Positions 1 through 11,680 of a stretch of DNA of 17,537 nucleotides are shown here, in pieces. The translations under genes were made by a program, and so were the position numbers. The stretch is from positions 1 through 17,537 of the forward strand of contig NW_021824808.1 of NCBI RefSeq assembly GCF_006345805.1, written 5' to 3'. The DNA comes from Octopus sinensis (Eukaryota). Each line of letters begins with the position of its first letter. Position 1 is the stretch's first letter. The notes below the pieces were generated by a model. The model was not told the DNA's origin. It worked only from the letters and a program-made list of their open reading frames with translations, and made no database searches.

Positions 1-308
1 AAATATATATATTTGTGTCAAAATGTCTGGAGAATATTGAAAAATTTTTTTTCCTTTCCTTAAAATGACATAATTTTAAAATTTTTAAAGAATTACCGGT
101 TTCGCGTGTAGCTTTTCAAATTTCTTGTGACGTTACAAGAAATTTGAAAAGCTACACGCGAACCGGTAATTTCTTTAAAAATTTTTAAAATTATGTCATT
201 TTAAGGAAGGAAAAAAATTTTTGCCATATTCTCCAGACATTTTGACACAAATATATATTTTTTAACATTTAAGCCTTCTGTCGTTTTTTCACACTTTACT
301 ATTTTCTT
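1..308. repeat. Spacer-less ~260 bp palindrome (centre 131/132), probably an inverted Penelope-like pLTR fragment; each arm has a degenerate minimal hammerhead-like motif
   Basis: 1-131 is the reverse complement of 132-~260 (e.g. TGTGTCAAAATGTCTGGAGAATAT / ATATTCTCCAGACATTTTGACACA), and most differences are homopolymer length. Right arm 137-175 reads AAGAAAT-TTGAAAA-GC-TACAC-GC-GAA-CCGG-TA-ATTTCTT; the left-arm copy has the full GAAA. Non-repetitive sequence continues to ~308, then (TA)n. The left arm may extend outside the window. Confidence 0.75.
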
Positions 309-420
309 ATATATATATATATATATATATACATATATATATACATATATATGTATGTATATAAATGCATATATATATGTATTTATATACATATATGTGT
401 GTATATATATATATATATAT
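309..420. repeat. (TA)n/(TATG)n microsatellite
   Basis: Directly visible. Confidence 0.95.
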
Positions 421-422
421 AA

Positions 423-514
423 CCGTGATCACCGCGACTGACCAGGCTATCAGATGTTTGCTACATATCGCTGGTCACAATGCGTTTCGCATTGTTTCAA
501 CCTTCAAATGACGC
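423..514 (-). mobile_element. 5'-truncated 3' tail of the SINE family at 2429-2734
   Basis: Reverse complement GCGTCATTTGAAGGTTGAAACAATGCGAAACGCATTGTGACCAGCGAT...ATCTGATAGCCTGGTCAGTCGCGGTGATCACG aligns with ~2646-2734; its 3' end abuts (TA)n. Confidence 0.85.
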
Positions 515-1101
515 TTCGATCATCGCTCTTCGTTAAAGAAAAAAAAGAGGAAAAGTTTGACGAGAAGGGGAAAATAGTAGAAAAAATGCACGTGTGTGCA
601 AATGTATCCCTAGATAGACTACACCTGATTATTGAAATAAATATAGTAGTTGGTTATTGCTTGAATGCTATTGGTCAAAGGTCTAAAATAATGGACATGA
701 CCTTGGACTTAAGACCACCACAAGTCACATCATTTCTTCTGTCTCCGCTGCCTACGCCATCAAGCCCACCGCTAGCCTAACCATGACCATCAGTGCCACC
801 GCCTTTGCGAAGAACAACGACAGAAGTCCACTGCACAAACAGCCATATACACTATCCAACCACGGAAGCGTTCCAGCTCACCATTATCACTACCATTATC
901 ACCATTGCTATTAGAAGCCACCCTCTACGAATACTAGCGCCCACACCACGACAAAACACTAATGCAGCTGCTACCTTCCCCCACTAACCCAGACTCCATT
1001 AACACATGACCACCTCCACTTGACCGGAAGAAGGAGGCTGTCAATGGTTATGAAGTCTAAAGTAAGTTTTCTCGACAGTAACAGCGTAATCCCCCACGCA
1101 A

Positions 1102-1361
1102 TATGTGTGTATATATATATATATATATATTTATATGCGTGTATGCTTCTCTGTGTGTACGTTCGCGAAGTATGTGTGTGTGTACATATCTTTATCTGTC
1201 TATCATGTACACAAATAAATATTCTGTACATATTTATTATTTATTACTGTATTTTCATGTATCTGTACTCTTAATATGTTTCCAAATGTGTGTACACGGC
1301 TCTCTCTCCTATATTTGTACATTTATCTACTTATTATTAAATACTGATATTTATATATATT

Positions 1362-1424
<63 letters not shown>

Positions 1425-1440
1425 CATACACATACATACG
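1102..1440. repeat. (TA)n/(TG)n/(TACA)n microsatellite-rich low-complexity tract
   Basis: Directly visible. Confidence 0.85.
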
Positions 1441-1750
1441 CATTTTGCTGTGCGGTCCATGTGCGTATTACATTCCTACCATTCATCCTAATGTACCTTA
1501 ATGCATTTAGAAACGTTAGCTGCGTGTAAATGTGAACAACATTTATGCACACACATTCTATAACAAAACCACATATTGTCCACATTATAGTGTACATCTG
1601 GTGTACGCTTCTACACATATAGTGCACATCTTGTCTGTGTATGTGCCTGGATGTAGTGGCCAGTTTCTCAACAAATAGCAAATAGCCTAGATATTGGGCG
1701 TATGGCCCTTGTTTTCAAACTGCCTACATTTATATATATATATATCTATA

Positions 1751-1828
<78 letters not shown>

Positions 1829-1831
1829 ATA

Positions 1832-2056
1832 TATTGATAAAACGGTAAGATAACAAAAGAAAGAAAGGACCTCAATATTATGTAATAGAGGAATTCTATA
1901 CAATATGTTACATTACTCGGTAGTCAAGATAAAACTCTGAGTTTCAGATGCCGAAGTGGAAATCCCCACAACCATCTCGATGGTTTTTGGATTCCACTTC
2001 GGCATCTGAAACTCAGAGTTTTATCTTGACTACCGAGTAATGTAACATATTGTATA
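1832..2056. repeat. Fold-back element between (TA)n tracts with perfect 65 bp inverted arms (1897-1961 / 1992-2056); possible inverted Penelope-like terminus
   Basis: TATACAATATGTTACATTACTCGGTAGTCAAGATAAAACTCTGAGTTTCAGATGCCGAAGTGGAA and its exact reverse complement; inner ACCATC-TC-GATGGT at 1971-1984; unpaired extension 1832-1896 on the left only. Confidence 0.8.
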
Positions 2057-2133
2057 TATATATATGTATTGTGTATTGTGAAAGAGAGATGGAGGAAGAG
2101 AGAGAGAGACATGTGTATATGTATACGTATATA

Positions 2134-2171
<38 letters not shown>

Positions 2172-2370
2172 TATGTATCTATATATACATATACATTTAT
2201 ATATATATGTATGTAAGTATGTATATATATGTACATAATATATATATATTATATACTATATATATATGTCTATATATTATATACATTTATATATATATGT
2301 ATATGTATGTATATAATGTATATATATATGTATATATATACATATGCATATTATATATATGCATGCATAC

Positions 2371-2422
<52 letters not shown>
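2057..2422. repeat. (TA)n/(TATG)n/(GA)n microsatellite tract
   Basis: Directly visible. Confidence 0.9.
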
Positions 2423-2423
<1 letters not shown>

Positions 2424-2428
2424 CTTAT

Positions 2429-2734
2429 GGAGGCGCAATGGCCCAGTGGTTAGGGCACCGGACTCGCCGTCGTAGGGTCGCGGCTTCGATTCCCAGACCG
2501 GGCGTTGTGAGTGTTTATTGAGCGAAAACACCTAAAAAGTTCCACGATGCTTCGGCAAGGGGGGGGGGATCCCGGCTGTATTCTTTAGCCACAACTTTCT
2601 CTCACTCTTTCTTCTATTGGCCTGCTCGCTTAGCCGGCGGGGTGGAGTCATTTGAAGGCTAAAACAATGCGAAGTGCATTGTGACCAGCGATGTGTAGTA
2701 AAATCTGATAGCCTGGTTGGTCACGGTGATCACG
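2429..2734 (+). mobile_element. tRNA-derived SINE, apparently full length (~305 bp)
   Basis: Pol III A box TGGCCCAGTGG (2439-2449) and B box GGCTTCGATTCCC (2482-2494) at tRNA spacing; the tail is repeated at 423-514; flanked by TA/TACA repeats. Confidence 0.9.
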
Positions 2735-3177
2735 TATGCGAAGACCGTATGCATACATACATGCATATATACGCACATGATTACATAAATGCATATAAAT
2801 ACGTACACATAGGTCTGCTGGGTCAAAGAAAACCGAAAGAAATCAGGAGTCATAATTCTATTCAGTTTTTCAGGTTAAGAGAGCTACTCAGGTACTAATA
2901 GTTTCGTGTACATATCTGGAATACACGAAAACTAGGCCTTTGCGCTTAATTCTTCTGAATATGTATATGTGTGTGTGTTGTTAATAAGACTAAGGAAATT
3001 TATCTCCGCACTAAGGATATGCAGAAAGGCTAAGCTTCCATTTTGCATCAGAAACGAATGTGAGGGTTTCTTTCATGGTAACTACTCCAGGATAGTTTTG
3101 GTTTTCTGAGAGAAGATCCTAGTTTAAATGGGGTTAAATATCAACTTTCGGTATTTATACTGCCTCTATCGCAAATA

Positions 3178-3298
3178 TGTGCGTGTGAGGGTGTGTGTGT
3201 TTGTGTGTGTGTGTGTGTGTGTGTATTTGACGCGCGGGCGTTTGTGTTGTGTGTGTACGCGTTTGTGTACGTGTGTGTGTATGTGTGCTTATCGTCTT

Positions 3299-3352
<54 letters not shown>

Positions 3353-3422
3353 TATATATATATACATATATTAGTATGTATGTATTTATGTATGCATGTA
3401 TGTATGTGTATGTATATTATAT
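3178..3422. repeat. (TG)n then (TA)n/(TATG)n microsatellites
   Basis: Directly visible. Confidence 0.9.
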
Positions 3423-3501
3423 AGGCGAAGGAGTGGCTCTGAAATAAGAAGCTTGCTTCCCAAACATATGGTTCCGGGTTCAGTCCCACTGCGTGGCACT
3501 T
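3423..3501 (+). mobile_element. tRNA-derived SINE head only (same family as 11825-12227)
   Basis: AGGCGAAGGAGTGGCTCTG...CATATGGTTCCGGGTTCAGTCCCACTGCGTGGCAC contains B-box-like GGTTCAGTCCC and aligns with the reverse complement of ~12150-12227; cut off by (TA)n. Confidence 0.8.
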
Positions 3502-3594
3502 ATATATATTATATATATTATATATATATAACGGCGTAAATGACCCACTCCTGGGTCTGATATATTGTTTAAATTCGGTGTTGGTACATGTATA

Positions 3595-3772
3595 TCATGG
3601 GTATTTTACTGTGAGCCAAAGTCTGTGTCACGCTGTGTCTGTCACTGATAGCTACATTAAGGGCACAGTGTCTATGGAGTGCTCTGCCACTTGCAGGATA
3701 ATTTCACGAATAGGCTGTTCCGTTGATTGGATCAATTGGAACCTTCGTCACCGTAACGAAGGGGAGTACCAG
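3595..3772 (+). mobile_element. Probable degraded SINE/LINE 3' tail fragment
   Basis: GGAGTGCTCTGCCACTTGCA...GGCTGTTCCGTTGATTGGATCAATTGGAACCTTCGTC resembles an octopus interspersed repeat from memory only; no second copy in this window. Confidence 0.35.
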
Positions 3773-4406
3773 CTAACTTGAGCCAGGAATCACCTGATCT
3801 TAGATTTACTATGTCAGGTCTGATCTAAATCAAAACAACAATATCAATATCAACAACAACTACAATAGTAGGAAAAGAACTAAACGGTGATTCTTGCAAC
3901 TCCTGATTTCCGGTAAACAACGGTATTTAAGAAAAATAATGAGAATTTTAAAGCTGATAACGCAAATATCAGCTCGCGTCGAATATCACATAAATCGTTG
4001 AGCGAGAATGCTCACCTTCAGAATATGCTCTTAGGAAACGTTTTTGGTGGTTTAATATACGAGTTTGTAGCGGACGAGCATTTTTATCGGACATTAATAA
4101 AACAAGAATGTATGACACTCGCAGGTTGTAAAGCACAGGAGAGTACTGTTACGTAGCGTGGTGGTGAGTGGGGCTCGGTGTTATAGTGTGATGGGACAAG
4201 GGTGGAGATGGCGTGATGGTTTTGTGATGTTGATGTGATAGTTATGTCGGAGATGGTGGTGGAGTTGTACGATGATGTGGTACGACAGAGCTAATGTCGA
4301 TGCGATATGGCGGTGAGACGCAATGAAATAAATTCGTTTCAAGAGCTATCTTTAACGAATTCTTTTTCTAAATCAATGATATTTGTATAGTGGTAACTTC
4401 TCCGTA

Positions 4407-5041
<635 letters not shown>

Positions 5042-5129
5042 GGCTAGCTTTCACGCAGTAAAAGGGAAACATGTTAAGTGGGTTTGATGGAGGATAAAAG
5101 TGGCCGGCAGGTGGCGCTGCAGCATGGTA

Positions 5130-5510
5130 TGCCCTGGTAGTGGTGGTGGTGGTGTCTTGTGTTATATACGGTGATGTATGACGTTATGAGGTTATTGTTG
5201 TTGTTGTTATGGTAGTGGTGATGATGCTGGTGCTGGTGGTGGCGGTGCCTGTGGTGGAGATGGCCGTGGCGGTTGTTAGTGGGGGGTGAGTGGGAAGCGA
5301 ATGGGCGTTGGCTGGAAATGGTTGTATTTTGAAATGGACAGATAAATGGGGGACTTGCTTGCAAAACGGGGGGCGGGAGGAGAAGGGAAAGGGGAAGGGG
5401 CAGTTAGATAGAGTGAGGTGATGGGTAGTAGAGGGGAAGAGGGAAGGTGGAGCGGGGATACCGTGGTACGGAGAGAATGCATGGGTATGTGGATTTAGTG
5501 GGGGAGGGCA
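5130..5510. repeat. Degenerate (TGG)n/(TTG)n and G-rich low-complexity tract
   Basis: Runs of GGTGGTGGT, TTGTTGTTG and GGGGA; source of the His/Asn/Pro-rich pseudo-ORFs. Confidence 0.7.
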
Positions 5511-5529
5511 GTCGTACGGTGAGAGAATG

Positions 5530-5581
5530 TGATAGAGAGATAGACAGACAGACAGATAGATAGATAGATAGATAGATAGAT

Positions 5582-5645
<64 letters not shown>

Positions 5646-5791
5646 CGTAAGTAGGTCGGAAGGTTGGTAGCAAGTTGGTAGGTAGGTAATTATAAAAGTA
5701 AATGGATATACAGATAGCCTGGTAAATTAGTATATAGGTAGATAGATAAATAGCGACGCAAGTGGAGAGATCGATAGACGGAAAGATAAAC

Positions 5792-5830
<39 letters not shown>
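5530..5830. repeat. (GATA)n/(GACA)n tetranucleotide arrays
   Basis: Directly visible at ~5550-5645 and ~5792-5830. Confidence 0.95.
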
Positions 5831-6049
5831 CCGAAATAACTAACGAAATGTTATGAGAAGCAGGCACGTATATATATGTGCGAGTGTATATATATCCATA
5901 GATGTGTTTGTATGTTTATATATTTATGTTTAAATACATACACGCATACATACGTATACATACATACACAGATGCATGCAAACACAGGCGAATGAATGTA
6001 GCAAATGGAGTGATAAAGATGGAGCAAGAATGACACAGTGAGCAAAATC

Positions 6050-6051
<2 letters not shown>

Positions 6052-6090
<39 letters not shown>
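6052..6090. repeat. (GA)n microsatellite
   Basis: Directly visible. Confidence 0.95.
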
Positions 6091-6094
<4 letters not shown>

Positions 6095-6369
6095 AGAGTA
6101 AGTGAGAGAGATAATAAGAATGAAACGTGAAAGAGAAGTAGAAGCAAGGTGTGGGTGTGAAATGGTGATAGACACATTGGGAAGTATGTGAGGGTGTAAG
6201 GTTGTCATGGCCAGTTTCTGAGATGGTCCGTAAGAATGATGGGTCTGTGAAGTTTTGAAAGGTTATCTTCGGAAATGGAAATGGCTAAGATGATTTCAAT
6301 GGGAGGAGTGAGAGTAGAGAAGCGGAAGGAGATAGAACGGCGATTGGGTGATAGGTAGATGTCGAGATG

Positions 6370-6429
<60 letters not shown>

Positions 6430-6463
6430 GTGGATAGATAGGTAGATAGATAGGTGGATAGAT

Positions 6464-6506
<43 letters not shown>

Positions 6507-6543
6507 CATACATACATAGAGATAAGTAAACAGATAGATAGAC

Positions 6544-6599
<56 letters not shown>

Positions 6600-6715
6600 C
6601 TAGATAGCTAGATAGATAGATTGGTAGGTGAATGGATTGAGACAGATAGATATATAGATAAATAGATAGAGATACATACATACCTACATAGAGAAATCGA
6701 AATATATATATAGAT
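6370..6715. repeat. Compound (GATA)n/(CA)n/(TA)n microsatellite at the 3' junction of the LINE
   Basis: Directly visible. Confidence 0.9.
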
Positions 6716-9350
6716 ATGTTTCTTTATTAGCCACACAGGGCTGCACACAGATAGAACAAATTACAAGTAGAGCTTTTCTTTTGAAGGTTTAAAAAAAAAA
6801 AAAAAAAATAAAAAAAAAAATAAAAAAAAAATAAATAAATAAATTTAAAAAAATAAAAAAAATAAAAAAAAAAAAAATAAGAAAAAAATAAAATAAAAAA
6901 GGGGGGTCGATCAAAAGGGATCGTAAAAGGAGAGAAAGAGGACAAAAAAAAAAAGGGGAGAGGAAAAAAATTGATCAATAGGGATCGTTATCACAGAAAT
7001 GTCAATATGAAGTGTAAAGGGGGGACAAGGTGAGGTTTACCCGTGGAAAGAAAAGCCTACGGAAAAGACCACGGTAACCTCGGTCAATGAAGTCACATTT
7101 ATATTTCTTTTTTTTTTTTTTTTTTGCAAATAAGCAACTCTCTGTATTAATTTTTACGGTTCATAGAATCATAGTCAAGGTGGCTTCGTCATTCATACGT
7201 GCCATCCTTGCTACACATTGACCCATCTTTTTTTAAAACATTCACTAGACAAAACTTGCCTCTCTACTCTCACTTTTTTCTTCAAGTGATACTTGAAGAA
7301 GTTGATGAGAGATTGACCAGAGAGGAAAGTGTTTGTCTCTAATCCTTTCAGACGCGTCCACCAGATACATTCTTTCGCCATAGCCACAAGTATGATAAAA
7401 ATTAGCTCTTCCTTCCCGTTTGAAGGAAGGAGGCGTGACGATATTAACGATACACTCGGCTGATAAACCGACACGTCCCACACGTGACAGCAGTCGTTCG
7501 ACATAAGCCCACAGGTGGGAAATTGCTGGACACTGCACGATTGCGTGCAGAGCGGTTTCGTCGCTCTGCCCGCATCTCGGGCAGGTCGGCCCCGTGTTTC
7601 TCGAGCCATGCCTATAGAGCTTATCCCGAACGGGTAGCGCTTCTCCGGTAGCACACGCCAGGCCAGGGATCTCTGGAAGTTGTCCATAGGTCCCGGGCCG
7701 AAAGTCTTTTGAAACAGGCGGGTCAGGTATTCCTCGTCGACGCCCAGGTTTGCCCCGAGCTCGTCGTCGTACCTCCCCTCCACTAATCCCCTATAGATGC
7801 TTTGGTTGTGTTGAAGTCACTCAAGGTCGACCCGGGACGGCAGAGTTGCTTGAGAGCAACGCGACACTCGCGGTGCCATTCGCCCTTCTTCGGCCTCTTT
7901 TTGATCCACGACTGTAGTTCGGTCATGGAGACGAGTTGCGGGAATGCGTGCCTCACAAACGGCGACCACACCTGTTCACCGTCGTCTACATAGAGCCGGA
8001 GATGTCGCAGTCTCAGCGCGTGTCTGCGCATCATCAACCACGGCATGCCCAGCCCTCCTTTTAACGGGTGTTGACAGCAAATGGATCGCCTGACCATCGG
8101 GACGCATCCTTTCCACAAGAAGCGGAAGAGGATGCGTTCTAGTTTGGTGATGGTAGGGTCGGGACAAGGTACGACGGTCAGGCGGTAGTATATGATGGAC
8201 GCGATGTACGCGTTCACCACCTCCGCCCGACCTTTTAGGGACAGTTCCTCTCGGCCCATTGCTGGGCGAGAGTGACCACCCTACTCGTTATCTCGTTCCA
8301 GTTCTTCTCCATTTGGAGGTCCGGACCGAACCAGACCCCGAGCAACTCAACCGGGCCGTCTGTCCAGCGTCCCACGACAGAGGTACTGATGGACGGCATG
8401 GGTTTGCTTCTCCAGGTGCCGAGCCGCAAGCCCACTGACTTTTCCCGGTTGATTTTTGCTCCTGTCCCGCTTCGTAGTCTTTCAGTGTCTCGCCGACCCG
8501 CTCGATGTGCTCGTGGCTTGACACTATGACGGTGACGTCGTCCGCGTATGCAGACACGCTCGTCCCGCATCCTAATTCTCGCGGATGCCCCTCAGAGTCG
8601 CCAGCTTCCGCAGTAGTGGCTCAAGAGTCAATACGTATAGAAGCGCCGAGAGGGGGCATCCCTGACGGACCGAACGTGCAATGTCGAAGGGTCTCGATAG
8701 ATGTCCATTTACGCGAAACTACCGAACGGATGCCTCTGTACAAGGCAGCTATCCAGCCGCGGAAGACGGGACCGAAACCAGCCGCTCTCAGGACTGCCTC
8801 CAAGTATCGATGGTCTACCCTATCAAAGGCTTTCGATTGATCCAAGTTGATCAGGGCCCCACCCATGCCAGGTTCGTTAACTACCCTGTCTATGATGTAG
8901 CGCATCAGATGGAGGTTGTCATGGATGCTCCGGCCCGGCACGGCGCACGTTTGTGCGTTGTCGACCAGTTTCTCCATGACAAGCGCCACCTCTTGGCTAA
9001 CACCTTTGTCAAAATTTTCAGGTCTGCATTGAGCAGAGTGATTGGCCTAAAGTTATCTATAATGTTTTTCCTTTTGGATCTTTCTTCAGCAGAGTTACAG
9101 CCTCCTCGACTCACAAAACCGGGTTGCTCCCCGTTTTGCTGCCAGTTGCAGTATACCGCTGCAAGACGTCTCCAAACAAGTCTGGCATACAATAGTAAAA
9201 TTCGTAGGGTAGACCATCCAAACCCGGTGATTTGTCCCTCGAGCATTCTGCCATCGCTTCCCGCACTTCCGCCGCCGTGATGGCACCTTCGCAGCACCCT
9301 GCCTTTCTTGTCGAGAGTCGTGGCAGGCTATGTAGGTAGGCACTGAAGTC
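6716..9350 (-). mobile_element. 5'-truncated non-LTR retrotransposon (L1 group, Tx1-like) with a U-rich 3' UTR
   Basis: GC-rich ORF2 remnant at 7161-9350; 3' UTR ~6716-7160 has long T runs on the sense strand and ends ...AGCCCTGTGTGGCT-AATAAA-GAAAC (AATAAA at 6723-6728, minus). No endonuclease domain; coding similarity stops at the (GGAC)n run at 9352. Confidence 0.92.
7161..9350 (-). pseudogene. LINE ORF2 remnant: reverse transcriptase plus C-terminal CCHC zinc finger, with multiple frameshifts
   Basis: Stitched frames give DFSAYLHSLPRLS..CEGAITAAEVRE..KSPGLDGLPYEFY; NFRPITLLNADLKILTKVLAKR; QTCAVPGRSIHDNLHLMR; LINLDQSKAFDRVDHRYL; RQGCPLSALLYVLTLEPLL (RQGCPLS at 8646-8666); SAYADDVT (YADD at 8537-8548); LSLKGRAEVVN; GGLGMP; CPRCGQSDETALHAIVQC (~7530-7583). 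Confidence 0.93.
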
Positions 9351-9351
9351 T

Positions 9352-9368
9352 GGACGGACGGACGGACG
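9352..9368. repeat. (GGAC)4 short repeat between the two retroelements
   Basis: GGACGGACGGACGGACG directly visible. Confidence 0.9.
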
Positions 9369-9572
9369 CTAGTCAAATGGGCTCCACGTAAGTTGGTCAT
9401 TTTGTACATTGAAAATTATTTATTGTGAAATATTTTGTGTTTAAAAGTTGTGCAACAACATCCACTGTAAACCTTTGATAAATATCTACACAAAATTTTG
9501 CCCCTTGTGGGCAAAATTTAAAAGAAAAAATTCTCATAGCCTTCGTGGTTTCATTTAGCCATTTTATTTCCA

Positions 9573-9932
9573 AATGGCACTGGTCCCACGAGGCTGAGGT
9601 GCAAGTCAACCGTGACGCAGAGGCAGAAAAACAGGATGCTCTGTTACCTTACGCTGAACCTGACAACTCCGCCACCATCAACATCGACAACAGCAACAAA
9701 TACAAAACAAAGGTCGCAAGGCCAAGCACCGTCAACACCATCAGTGAGTCCACCACCACCACCACCAACACCGACAACAACACCATGGCAGAATCTGATA
9801 CTAAAACTGCTATCCCTACTAAAGACGTCGCCACCAATAACAATACCAACATCACCATCACCGCCACCAAAGACCGTGCCGTCAATGCTACTAATACTAC
9901 TAACACCACCGCCGTCACCCAAGAACGACAAT

Positions 9933-9967
<35 letters not shown>

Positions 9968-11680
9968 CGACGACGACGACACAACAATTCCCTTCAACCA
10001 CTGCTCACTCCATCACCAACAAGTGAAAAATAACGACGACAAGCAAACGAAATGCCGAAATTTGCGCTAATGCAGGACTAAATTACGCAGGCAATTTTCC
10101 ACCCCTTGCTAGTTGCATAATCAGCAACCACAAACCTACAACCCCACACCCCTGCCATCAACATCAACAGTAACAACAATAACAAAACAACAACAAACTT
10201 CGCCGAGGCGATAAAAGAAAAGGTAACAAAAGTTTCGTTTACTACACAACAGATTAAGATTGCAGAAACCTTATTACAAATCAAAACGGAAAAATACTCT
10301 TACACATACCTCAGCACATACTGAATGAGGAGAAAAAAAGACAATTGTATATAAAATCACAAATAAAAAAACAAAAAGTCCAGAAAAGCAAGCGCAGACA
10401 AAGTAGAAAAGTGCTTACGCCCCATCTGGGGATACAAGGATTGTGTGACTTGGGCGAACAAGTTCGCACACGTACAGGTGGTTTTTCAGAATGAAGAGTT
10501 GCGAAGAAATTCTCAACGATAACCCTTCATTCTGATGAACTAACGTTGACACCGAGTTACCTCGGCCAGAAAGTGACGAAAGTCATTATCAGTGGTGTCC
10601 CCCAAGTGACTACAACACTGTGGATTACATCCGCCGTAACATCCGAAATGGAGGACATAAACATCCTAGATATCGGTGTTTCGGAAAACAAGGACTGGCT
10701 GGGAAAGAGAATAGAGTTCCTCTTCCACATAAGTCAAGAGGACATAAATAAAATCCCCACCCACGTACTCTTGAGGATGGCCGCAAGTTATACGTAGTAG
10801 TCGAGGGCAGAAGGCCACGATGCTATACATGTGGCAGTGAGGCACACCTCAAAAGGAGTGCAAATCTGCCGCAAAATTACAACAACAACAACCACAGGAA
10901 AAATCACAAAAGCCAGGATTATTGCCCACACCACAATATGGACAGCTAGTCAAGAAGCTGTATGCGGAAATGCAGGAAAAAAACAACAAAGACAAACCAA
11001 CCCAACCAAACAACACCAACACCAGCGCCAAGACAGAATCATCACCACCAACAACAAATAAACCAATTCCAACACCAAGAATAACAACGAAGAAGACAAG
11101 CACCAAGGATGTAGGAGAGACAATAACCACAAACAACCCCCCAGCAACACCCTCCCCGCGCACCACAACAATATCTACAACCGCACAAACACACCCAGAC
11201 GCTTTACCCTTGTCCCCTGCTGATTCGTCAGACTTTTCATCTGACGATGAAAGTTCGACAGAATGGCAAATAGCCACAGGGGGTAAAAGAAAAAATATCA
11301 AGAAAACCTAACAAGAAATCGCAACCAAAGCAGGGAGATACCTGAACCCTGAAAACTCCATACACAACAAAACAAGCACCAACACCACAAAAACAATGCT
11401 ATCAGCGATAGACACAAAAGACTCCAAACTAATGGAGTACATCACAGGATACACAAACATTTGTGAAGATGACTTAAAAAATAGCAATCATCCACGCACT
11501 ACACCACCCAAACACATCAAAATACTACACATCACACAAACACAACACCACAAACTCAAAGCCCTCTTCCCAAATGCTGTAGGGGGTTTCCAGAAATATC
11601 TGTCCCAAAAACTATATAGAAACCTCCTCGAAGACACATCAAAGAACGAGGAAGCCAAAACTTTCGACACAAGTAAGTAA
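9573..11680 (+). pseudogene. Non-LTR retrotransposon ORF1/gag-like nucleic-acid-binding protein with CCHC zinc knuckle (frameshifts and stops)
   Basis: Stitched: T/N/Q-rich N-terminus; TNFAEAIKEK; LTPSYLGQKVTKVIISGVP (RRM-like strand); INKIPTHVLL-EDGRKLYVVVEGRRPR-CYTCGSEAHLK(K)EC, a CX2CX4HX4C at 10821-10861 if one A is restored; P/T-rich linker; EWQIATGGKRK; C-terminal block 11396-11680. Confidence 0.8.
9930..9980. repeat. (AAC)n(GAC)n trinucleotide run inside ORF1
   Basis: Directly visible. Confidence 0.9.

Noticed and set aside
454-987. 108 aa and 64 aa ORFs
   Set aside because: The first begins in a SINE tail and the second is degenerate (CAC/CAT)n sequence; no recognisable domain.
2429-2500. 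Possible tRNA gene
   Set aside because: A and B boxes are present, but there is no clean cloverleaf and the sequence continues into a repeated SINE body and tail.
2899-2934. 9 bp hairpin TTTCGTGTA/TACACGAAA, with minus-strand GAAA-CTA-T-TAG-TA resembling a hammerhead 3' half
   Set aside because: No CUGANGA-like box or stem I in the required position; could be chance.
5280-5510. G-rich tract with G-quadruplex potential
   Set aside because: Low-complexity purine-rich sequence, common in such genomes; nothing indicates function.
7802-9280. Plus-strand ORFs (63-199 aa) over the LINE, and minus-strand ORFs over the ORF1 element
   Set aside because: Antisense shadows of the retroelement coding sequences.
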